Part shown: positions 16,201-28,200 of the stretch, one piece after another
How positions within the stretch are numbered: the first letter of the stretch is position 1
Layout of the letters: each line of letters opens with the position of its first letter
DNA from: Ruditapes philippinarum
Lineage: Eukaryota
Direction of reading: 5' to 3'
Assembly: GCF_026571515.1 (NCBI RefSeq)
Contig: NW_026861602.1
Span: forward strand, 248,001 to 312,000
Length of the DNA stretch: 64,000 nucleotides
The notes under the pieces: generated by a model
Seen by the model: only the letters and a program-made list of their open reading frames with translations
Databases searched by the model: none
What the model was told of the DNA's origin: nothing
Made by a program: the position numbers and the translations under genes

Positions 16201-19200
16201 TATGAGCTGTTTGGTTATATTTGGTATACTATAGGTCTCATATTGCACCTCCAGCAGTACTATATAGCAGTTATAGTACTGCATATTTGTAACATGGGTT
16301 TTCATTGGATAATCTCGATGTTTATATTATCTATATATAAATAAATATATATTAACAGAGCTACTGCAAATTTATGTTTATTGGGAAAAAAATCCCAACA
16401 CAGTATTATGAATTTGTTATAATGCATTTTGACAGGTTATTTAGCCATATAGGATTTATCTTTTGCTATAAATAACCATTAACTTAAGTTAATATCTGGT
16501 TATGTAAATTTGCAATTGGTTTTATATTACTGGGTTATATAACCTGTCTTATAGTTTTAACAAATAATTTTCAAAAAGTTTATAAAGATATAATGACAGG
16601 CAAATATTTCAAAATAAATGTGTAATTATAACATTATGTAGAATAAAATAAAGTCCCTACTAAAATAAACATTTATGAAATAATGAATATTAAAACAAAC
16701 AACCAATTTTGGAGGCAAAGAAACACCAGTTACTTTAATTATTCTTAATTTTGAGTTTTTATATCTGTAAGTACACGTATATTAAAGGTCAGAATTAAAA
16801 AAATGAAACAGTATCAGAGAGCTAAGTACCACATATTTACATATTTTACAGAGTGAGCACTTTTCTTTTCATTAGAATTAAGATTATAGTAAAAAATCAT
16901 ACATAATTTCTTTTTGTAGACATGCAGTATAAAATTCGAGACATTATGATTGTCTATTGTTTAGTCACTAACATGAATGTCTTTTTTTTCACTAACATAT
17001 ACCTGTTTATGATAATCTGTAAATTACATTTACAGATATCTGTTCATTATAATCTGTTGATAACACTTACAGACACCTGTCAAGATTGTCTGTAAAATAC
17101 ATGTACAAATATCTGATCATGATCATCTGCTAATTACACTAATTAAAAGATATCTGTTCATAATCATATATTAATTACACTTAAAGATATCTGTTCATAA
17201 TCATCTGTTAATTAAACAAAGAGATATCTGTTCATAATCATCTGTTAATTAAACTAAGAGATATCTGATCATGATCATCTGTTAATTACACTAACAGATA
17301 TCTGTTCATAATCATCTGTTAATTACACTTACAGATATCTGTTCATAATTATCTGTTGTTTACATTTACAGATATCTGTTGATAACTCTTATTAATATAT
17401 GTTCATCTGTTGATAACACTAACAGCCGCCTGTACATTTGTGTTTTAAATGATAAATACGCATAAGAAATTGCTTCTGTTTCTATTTGCAGGACCTTTAC
17501 TTCAAGTTTTTCAGGAAAAGTCACGTACTAATCGTGGACGTCTGCCATCATTGACATCATCAAAGAAGGAAGAGGTCCGACAGACATATTTGTTTACAAA
17601 TCATCTTTTGCTCACCACTCGTGCAAAGGAAAATGGAAGACTACACCTGGCAAAAGTAAGAACTTTAAAGGGATTTGAGTGGTGTAGTGGTCAAGGCATT
17701 TGCCTCTCAAACCATGGTTTGTTTAGTTTGAGCACCACTTTAAAGTAAAGTGAAGCACAGTGCACAATCTGCAGCAGAGCAGCCTAATGTAGAGAATGCA
17801 ATAAACTTGAAACAACAACCTCAAGTCATAATTGTGCCGTGTCATGACAAAACCAACATAATGGGTTTGCGACCAGCATGGATCCAGACCAGCCTGCGCA
17901 TCCGCGCAGTCTGATCAGGATCCATGCTGTTCGCTATCAGTTTCTCTACTTGTAATAGGGTTTGTAAGCGAACAGCATGGATCCTGATCAGACTGCGTGG
18001 ATGCGCAGGCTGGTCTGGATCCATGCTGGTCGCAAACCCATTATGTTGATTTTGTCATGACACGGCTCAATTCACAATTAATTGAAGCTCACTACAGCAA
18101 CATCTCTCAGCAACAACCTAAGTCTTCCTCTCCCATAGGGTGTTCATCTGATACGGGTTAAACTGTATGTCAAATTTTGATGCACACCAAACAGGTCAAG
18201 GTCAATGTTAATATTGTAAGCTATTAAGCATTCTTAACATTGTTTCATATTTCAATGGTTAATCATTGTGACATAATGGTTGTAACTTTAAAAAAAATTT
18301 AATGTTCTCACTTCACATTGTGATTGCATGATTCCAGTTATTTGTTAAACACAGCAAGAATATTTTCCTTAAATATTTAATAATTATTTCAAAATTGAAA
18401 ATGATCTTGTACTCTCATAATATTCCTTTAAAGGATTCAATTGAAATTGAAAAATCACTGAATTATTTTTTGTAAACTCACTAAGCTCTTACGGACGGTG
18501 ATGCACCATTTCTTAGATATTTACCTTTTAGATATATTATACTTCACAATTGTAATGAATATATAAATAATGCTTATAATCAGAATGTAATTTAGATTAC
18601 GATGATTTTAATCTATAATATTGAGCCGTGTCACGACAAAACCAACATAGTGGGTTTGCGACCAGCATGGATCCAGACCAGCCTGCGCATCCGTGCAGTC
18701 TGATCAGGATCCATGCTGTTCGCTTACAAACTCTATAACAAGTAGAGAAACTGATAGCGAACAGCATGGATCCTGATCAGACTGCACGGATGCGCAGGCT
18801 GGTCTGGATCCATGCTGGTCGCAAACCCATTATGTTGGTTTTATCGTGACGCGGCTCATATTATTTTTCCAGAACTGCGGTAAAATCCCCCTGGCTGAAT
18901 GTACAATAATTGAAGATCCAGGTTCAGATATATTCTTCTTTGATGAAGACAGTAAGTATTAACATCAATGTTTTAGAATTTATTTTACTTTTATTGAGTT
19001 GTTATTCATTAACTAGTGTCAATACCTTCCTTCTGTACTTTGATTATTCTAGCTAGTACTATGCTTTTTTTCATGTGTGTAAGTTTTTGATTGTAAGATA
19101 TTCACCATTATTAAACAATACTATATTTTATATATTTACTCACTGTTGAGCCGGTCCCTGTATAAGATGGGGGTCTAATTTTGAACTTGAATAGGCAGTA

Positions 19201-22200
19201 TTTTACTTTGATTGTACATGTATTTGTCTGCTAACTTTAGTGATACCATTTTTGTCTGTGATAAAACTTGTTAAATTCAGTCTAACAATCGGTTATATAA
19301 GCAAGTAGACATGGCTTTATTATAAAGCTTTACCACAAAAAGACATTTCATTTCATTAAAATTAATTTAGAGTTACTATTTAAGAAATAATATATCCCAA
19401 ACAGTGATTTTATCGCTCAATAATATCACTGTTTGGAGTTTGGATGCGACGAAATACACCACGAGCCCCAGTGATATAATGATGCGCATCCGAATAACAA
19501 ACAGTGATGTTATCAAGCGATAACATCCCCGATTTGGATATATTATTTCGATTCTAACACAACATCAACAAATAAATGCTGCCATAACTGATATTAAGCA
19601 AAATTGAGCCTGATTTGCTTCTGTACTTATTTTAAGCACGTCAGATTCTTTTAGTGGTTATGTCACATGTATAATGATTACGTCACATATCTAAATATAG
19701 AACGTCAACTGTGACTCTATTGCATAATAACACACACTTTCGGTTCTTCTATATTCAATAGTGAAAAATGCGGGTCATGTTAGAATTATATTTAATACCC
19801 TTTTTATTTACCATTATTTATGTGAATGGAAAACTCTTTCCTAAGATGAATACATTTTTGTGTTCCTCATATTTTGATTTTCACAGGAAGAATAGCTACA
19901 GTATTTCAAATGTTTTCCTTCTCATATGTCATTGCGTTTTCATTCATATCTGAAAATGTACATGTTTGTCTTCAGCAACATCATTGGATTCCGTATCAAG
20001 CGCCGCTAGCTCTTCATCACAGAGTACATTGTTACCGTTACAAGCCGAGAAACAGGTCGACTACAATGGTCTCGATTTCCGACTGATCGTTGATTCTAAA
20101 AGTGGACCTCAGGTCACCATCATTCTTGTAGCATCTACTCACATAGAGAAGGCAGCTTGGTGTAGTGACATCAGTCAGGTAAACTGTGTTTACATGTATG
20201 TGTTTGAAATATGTGTTAACACATTTGTGTTTGAAATATTTGTTAACAAATAATTATGTGTTTCAAATTTGGGTTAACATTTAATGATGTGATCAATTAT
20301 GTGTTTACACCTATGTGTTTCAAATATGTGTTCACACATGTGTTTCAAATATGTTAACACATAATTATGTGAGCAAGTATGTGTTTGCACATATGCATTT
20401 CAAATCTGTGTTATTGCATATGTGATTTATATATGTTAACACATAATTATATGATCAAGTATGTGATTCAAATATATGTTTTTCATATGGTTTCAAAACT
20501 GTGTTAACACATTATGTGGTAATTCTGTGTTAACAGGCATGTGTTTTAAATTTGTGATAGCACATTAAATGTCTCAAATTTATGCTAATATGATTGCTCA
20601 TTTGAAAAAATTAGTAAATGTTTTATTTATTCATTTAACTATCAAATATGTGCAGAAAGGATTAGTTATTTTTGACATCAATATCTGTTTTACAGTTTAA
20701 GTTGTTATATATACAAGGGGTTATCCAAAAATTCGTGGACTTTCTTTGTTGCATAAAATATTTTTGAAATATTAATTTGAAATTCTTACACTGCTTAGAA
20801 GAATTACTAACAAATAAACACAGAAAAAATCATGTGAGTAGCTTCTTACATTACAACAATTTTTCATTTTACATAAACACATGTCGGCGACAGTGGCGCA
20901 CTCCAAAAAGTTATTGACGTCAACGTTATAATATTAACGTACAACTTGTGCTTCAACATTACACAGTCAATGACAGTTACTGCTTCTCCAAAGTAATGTC
21001 CATCACTAAATTTCTTATGCCACTTTAACAGAAAATGATCGTGAAATTTTCTTTTCTCCATTTGTCTGCTGATTTTTATCAAATGTTTTTGTAGGTGTCA
21101 TTTCCAAAATACAACAAAAATTTATGATCGTTTATGGTCGTGCGATTTTCAAATAACCGCGTTTCCGTCATTTTCCCGTTGTAAACAATAAAGTCGTCTG
21201 GTGTTTCTAGCGATATCAACAAAATTAAACGGAAATGACGTCTATTATTTTAAAGAATTACTTAAATGACAACATAGAAGCGGGATGTTCAGCGGGTTTT
21301 CTACGTTAATTTTTTAGTTTTTTAGCAAGAAATATACGATGACTTACTGCGCTTTTCTACCGTGCGCCGGGTGCCGTGTATGTGCTAATTTAAAAGCATT
21401 ATAAAATCATTATTTATTGACACCATTAACTGTTCCTTTCAAAATGTGTTGATAATATTCTACAATGTATGCTGATAAATTTTCATTACAATACACGTTG
21501 ACGTTCGAGAGATATTTGAAAAGTCCACAAATTTTTGGATAACCCCTCGTATTTATGGCAGACGGCAGTTTCTGTTTGATATAAGATGTATATGACAGTG
21601 TTTTCTATGTTCTATTTTGACAGTGTATAGAGAATCTACATTACAGTGATCTGTTAAATAGCTCCATGAGTGAGTCATCATCTGTAACCATGCCACAGTC
21701 AGTGAGGTATTGTTTTACATTGTTATCAGTTATCCTATATATGAGCCGCGTCATGACAAAACCAACATAGTGCGTTTGCGACCAGCATGGATCCAGACCA
21801 GCCTGCGCATCCGCGCAGTCTGATCAGGATCCATGCTGTTCGCTGTCAGTTTCTCTACTTGTTATAGGGTTTGTAAGCGAACAGCATGGATCCTGATCAG
21901 ACTGCGCGGATGCGTAGGCTGGTCTGGATCCATGCTGGTCGCAAACCCATTACTGTATAGCGCATTATATCTGCGGTGTCAAATGTTGGCGTTTTTTAAA
22001 GTGTTTTGAATTGGCGGGGTCATAAATTGGCGCAAGCGCTTTTAGACCGCCAAATTAAAACACTTGTTGGCATAAATATGGGGTCATGAATTGGCGATTA
22101 CAAATAAAGAATAAAAAAAAAAAATAAAAATAACACCGGTCACGCAGTAGTTGACTGTCCTCGTTTATTTTACGGCATACGGTATACCTATGCTTGGTCA

Positions 22201-25200
22201 CCTTTATCTTTACATCGTGCTAATTCTTATAATTAACTGGGATCAGACAGGTGTAAATATGGTACCGTGTGGTAACTGGACCATGGAAGAGAAAGGTATG
22301 CCCTATTATCCTGCAGTCTTTAAAGCGTGAAAAATTGTTCACGGTCACCACAACTGATTGCTATATAATTACAGTTATTATTAGTTTTATTTCAAATTAT
22401 GAAACATAACAGTGAAAACAAAACAAATACTAGTTTACTTAAATTCAATAATAAATGACATTTAGATTTGTTTCTCGTCGTGTGATCATCTTCGTAATAA
22501 ATACAGTATATAGATATATAATTAAATGAGTTTCGTACCAAGACTTAAAAATAAACAAATTCTTTTCAGCTTACTTGTAATGTTTATTTTTATTACAAAT
22601 AATCAAGGGATATTACTCGGACAAACCAAAGCTATTTTACCATGAGTTGTCTACCTTTCAAAGAATAATGGCGATGATCTAAAATGGCGGTGCATTAAAT
22701 TGGCGGTGTTTTGAATTGGCGCTACTGACCCTGACCGCCAATATAGCCAAATATAAACCCCCGCCAAAATAAGTACTTATACAGTATGTTGGTTTTGTCG
22801 TGACGTGGCTCATTTGTTTTACATTGTTATCAGTTATCCTATATATATTGTGTTGACTTTTATTATCTCATTGTCCTATGAGGCATATATAAATTTGTTA
22901 ACTTGTATATTTTTCATGTCATAATTATGTATGAGGGAAATAGTTTCTTGAGCTTGTATGATTTCCTTGTCCTATGAGGCAGATAATTCTTTCACAGGTC
23001 AATTTCCATTGTCTTATGAGGCAAATGAATATTTGACATGTTATTTTCATTGTCTTCTCAGGCACATATAGGTTTTGAAGTGTCTAAAATATATATGAAG
23101 TAAATAATTCTTTGACTTTTCTATTTTCATTGCCCTATGGGGCATATAAGTGTTTGACTTGTCTATTTGTATTGTTCTAAGAGGAATTTAAAACTTGACA
23201 TGTCAATTTAAATGTCCTATTAGAAAACAAATTTTCAGTCAGATTTTGTATAGCATGATAATATTGGCTGTATAATGATATTTACCAAATCAGATTTTAC
23301 AAGTTAGTGAGAGAAATTATACTGTTTTTATATTTCTAGGTCAGATCCCAAACTGTTTCGAGATGATGTGGATATCAAATTCAGCCGTACTCTCAATTCA
23401 TGTAAAGTTCCCCAGGTATATACATGTATAAGTTTCTATTCATACAAAGATACTGAAGTTGTTTAGAAATAGTTATTTATGCAATTTTCTCAGGTCCTTC
23501 ATTTATTTGGTTCAGCTTGAAGTCACACTGACAATGTAAAAACCATTTGGCGACTTCCTAGCTTCTTTGTTGGAGGAGTACCCTACATGCTCCTCTGTGC
23601 ATTATTTCAGTTACAAGTGGGCATCCAAGTAGAACAACCAAGGTTTCCAAAATCTAAATGAAGAGCCTGCTCACATGAAATAATTCAGAATCGCTGGTGG
23701 TAGTCGAACCTATAATGGCGAGGGGCAGGTGATTCAAAGATAGCAATCTTAACCACTTGGCCACTAATGCTCTTCTTAGGTACAATAAATTATTGAAACC
23801 TCTTTTTATGTAGAAAAAAATTTGCACAAAAGATCTGTATTTTTGTGATAATTTTGTTAGGTGCAGCAGAAACTTTTCAGAAATTATCTGATGGAGATAT
23901 AAAGTTATTATTGTAATATTTAATGTTTTATTTTTGTATAGATTCGGCACGGAAGTGTTGAGAGACTTCTAGAAAGGCTGACGGATCTAAGATTTCTCAG
24001 TATTGATTTCCTCAATACGTTCCTGCTCACATATCGTGTGTTCACGACTGGTCAGAAGGTGTTGGAGGCCTTGAAGAAAGTCTATAGAAGTCCTGAGGGA
24101 ATTACCTCGAGTAGCCTCGACTCAGACTTGCTACCTAATACTGATACTCCCTCAGACAAGTATGATAATAAGTCTGATTTTGATATGTTTAGTACATGTA
24201 AATACTCGTAACTTATATAATAAAAAATCGATAAAATCATTTAAACTAAGATTAGAGTCTAAGTTCTTTAAGTCCTCAGAGTCTGCAATTAAATATTTCT
24301 ATCTGAGTCTGTGATGGTTATTTTTAGGTTGATTAAGAAGTCTTGTCAAATCTTCAGATATCAGTCTTTATACAAATAAAGTAACACTTCGTGATTTATA
24401 TAAGTTATAAAGATTTTTGACAGGTTATAAGGTCCTATATAAAAGGTTGTTTGGAAATATAACCTGAGCTGCTAGACGAGAGTTATATCGCAAACAGCTG
24501 TTTATATATATGGCCATATAATGGTAACGAATTTATAATTAAGCAAGCATCATTTTTAAGAGAGAAAAAGGTAAGAATTCTTCATAAACCGACAGCAGCC
24601 ATGTATATAAAACTATATAAACATCACAATTATCCAATGGAAAGTGACATTACAAATGTGCAGTATTATAACAAACAATATATATATGATTTGATATTTC
24701 TAGAACTGTTCTGAATGCTGAATTACTTGGAAGTGCTTTGCAACAGTTTACAAAGGACCCGCCAAGTGAGGATAATAAAAATGTAATAAAGCCACGTGTC
24801 GAGAACTTAGATCGGATACGACGAATAAGCACAGGTTGTATGAAGGTAGAGATGATGAGCAGTGTCTCGAATGATGAGACATCGGCCCTTCCTACACAAC
24901 GAACAAGCACAACTACTAAACATGTTGATTTTTTAAAAAGTAAGTGGATAGTATGTACTATGTTTTGAATGAGACAGAAGGATATTGAATCTTTTGTGAG
25001 GTTATCAAATTACGTAATTCACAATATTTATCATATATAAGGAATATTTTATGATTGCTTTCCTGATGTGTTGTTTGATGCTTGATTTGGCTGTGTTTCT
25101 ATGAACAAGAAACTTTGCTCTCATTGCTCAGTACTGGTTGATTTTAGGAACAGATTCGAGAGTGTTTCAATATAGCTTATAGCTTTCAATACAAATGAAC

Positions 25201-28200
25201 TAAAATAAATTCATATAAATTAAGTGTGAATACTACCGGTACCTTACACAACATAGAGAGTGATACAGATCACACAAAGTAGCCCCATTACGTTATTCTT
25301 CTTTATAAAATGTCATCTGTGAAATATGTTAAGAAAATTTGAACAAAACTGAAGGAATATGTATATAATCTACATCATTACTAATGCAGAAGTAAAGAAT
25401 CTAGCAAAACAGTATAGACAATGAACGGGGAAGTATGAAAAGTTGAAAATAATCACACCAGAAAACTTGTAGAGACACAAATCTGTTGAATGTGAATGTA
25501 AAATTAAATGCAGCTGGTTTAATGATTATCAAAAAGTGTGTAAGTATTTATATTGAAGGTGTATCTTAAATTCTGATATTATTGTGTAGTAACCTCATTG
25601 TGTTATGACAGTATTGAGTAGGAATATCTTTGAATAATAGTGACATCTTTGAATATTGACATCATTGTATAGTGACATTATTAAAATGCTGGCATTATTG
25701 ATTAGGGACACATGTGAACACATACAGTCAAAATGTAACTGTCAGACTAGAGACTTGGTTGTCATTTACAATGTTATTTCAATGTCGTCTGCTAATTTCT
25801 TATATACACTTTACTTTTTCAGCTTTGAAACGAGAAGATTCCATGGACAGTGACGACAGTCCAAGTGAACTTGACAGTTTTCTAGATCCCCCTAAACAAG
25901 CCCCAATAGCAACATGTGAGACTCTGTGTGACTCTGAAATCCCTGATATACCTGCAATAAAAATGGATCCTTCTCTGTCGGAGGTTGTTATGCTTCCGTC
26001 GGATTTCGGTGAATCATCAACAGACGATTTTTATCTGTTGAACAATAAATATCTTATGCCAGACGTTTGCACCGGATTATCTCTGAGTGTTTCTGAATCG
26101 TTAGATTCACACGTGTACGGCCTACATTCTGTTCCCAGTTCGGAAACGTTAACACCCGGAACGCCACGACCTAGTCCAGCAACCAGCCCACTAGGCAGCC
26201 CACGACGCTCATTACCACAACCTTTGACTCCAAAAAGCGGGGAGACAAGTCCCCGAAGGCCTTCAACACCTGTTAAAATGCCGGAAAAATATTCAACAGA
26301 CTTGTTTTCATCGTCAACAACATCTCCTCTGCGACTTGGCAAGCCAAAGAAATCATCTTCACCTGTGAGAATTCCATCTCCCATAATACGATCTACCTCG
26401 CCTAAACATTCAGCTAGGTCACCTAGTACTAGTCCCAAACTGAGACGGGCCCCCTCACCTATCAGTTATAGTTACTCATCACCTAACATAGTAGCACCAC
26501 AAATCAAAGTTAAACATTGTAAGTACTGTAAAATATCAATTTGTCCTCTTTCTGATTTACTCGTAAAGTAAAACAGTATTTATTTTATCATGATTGTGAG
26601 TATTAGAACCACTTTCGAGTTATCTTTCTGGATTAATCTGGGTCCGAGGTTTTAAGCTCAAACTCAGATCTTGGGTATTTGTTTGGTCAGAAACCAAAAT
26701 AAAAGAATACACTGACCAATGGAAGTTCTGAGACTGGAGGCAGAACACAGAAAAAAGGTTATATAACCTTCAGGCCAGTACTTAGGTTTCATATGAGAAA
26801 AGAAATTTTAATTGTAACCTAGGTAGGGTTCGAACCGGGGATAGATGGCTATAGAGGCAGACATCTTTTCCACTAGGCTACTATTCTCCTCCTAATCAAA
26901 CTAATTTGTATCTTTCTGTTATGTATTTAACAACTGTATATATATTAATGAAATGCATTAAAAATAATTGGATGGTCCGTGGCTGAGTGGTTAGGGTCTT
27001 TCACTTCAAACCAATTGCCCCTCACTACTGTGGATTCAAATCCCAACAAGGACTTTGGATTCTTTCATGTGAGGAAGCTATCCAGCTAGCTTAGGAACAT
27101 CAATGGTTCTACTCAGGTGCCTGTTTGTGCCTGAAAAAATGCACTAAAGGGCACCTTAGGTCTTCCTCCACTAGTAAAGCTGAAAAGTCACCATATGTCG
27201 TGTACTGTGTCAGTGTGATGTAAAACCCAATAAAATAAACAAACATTAAAAGTGATTAAAGTAATTAGATATTTATAGAAGTTTAGGGTCATGATGATTG
27301 GTTATTTTTACATTACAGTCAGTTCAGACTCTGATACATCTACATCTATAACTCCGAGAAGTAGCTTTGCCACACATACAGATGGTTCTCCTCCTCAAGC
27401 ACGTGCAGGTGCCGTAGTGACATCATCTCGAGCATCTAAACGAAGGTACGTTTTTTACCTTACAACTTATAACTGTTTTATAATGAAGAAAATACAATTT
27501 TTTGTTTCAATTTTAATTTTTATTTCAACTGCTCATTCAACATAATTATTTAGTTGTAAATCTAAGTTATTTAATTAGTTTTCCTTTTTATACTTTTTCA
27601 TAGATTATATTGCCATTATATTTACTGTCACCATCCTGTAGAGAAATACTATTTTTATTCAGTTATAACTTACTATTGCCCATATATTTTTCACAAATGA
27701 TTTTCAATCATCTGGAGGCTTTTTAATTACTCTAAAATGATTCACTAATCCCATGTTAATGACCCTCTCACCCAAATGATCTATCACATTCATGACCTTT
27801 ATCTCTGTGATTATTTATTATTTCCCCTTGTCCCTTTTGCCAAAATTATTGATGATTTCAAATGGCTTTTATGATTGCTGTGTGGTGAAAAAAATGAGTC
27901 TTTTTTGGTCCCCTTTGCCTAATGGATTTTGCCTTAAGGATTTAAATCATCACATGTTTTTCTATCACTGTATGGATTTACCCCCAAATGGTTTATAACT
28001 TTATATGACTTTTATCTTGTTAGACTTCTCCTAATCCATTTTGCCTAAATTCATCACATCCCATGGCTTGATCAATATTGGGATTTATTATTTTCCCACT
28101 TTTCTATTTTTCCCAAATGTTTCATAACAACACAGGATTTTTATCACTGTGATGATTCATTAATTCTCCTCCTACCTTTTGTTCAAATGATTTATTACAT

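Noticed and set aside
17842-18024. 60 aa [21 protein letters not shown]...
   Set aside because: Lies entirely within the palindromic MITE.
26031-26438. 135 aa antisense ORF
   Set aside because: Shadow of the Ser/Pro-rich exon 14; no independent support.
26815-26890. tRNA-like A/B-box segments (also about 17675-17740, 33845-33905, 53970-54045)
   Set aside because: I could not build a convincing cloverleaf; more likely decayed SINE heads than tRNA genes. tRNAscan-SE would settle it.
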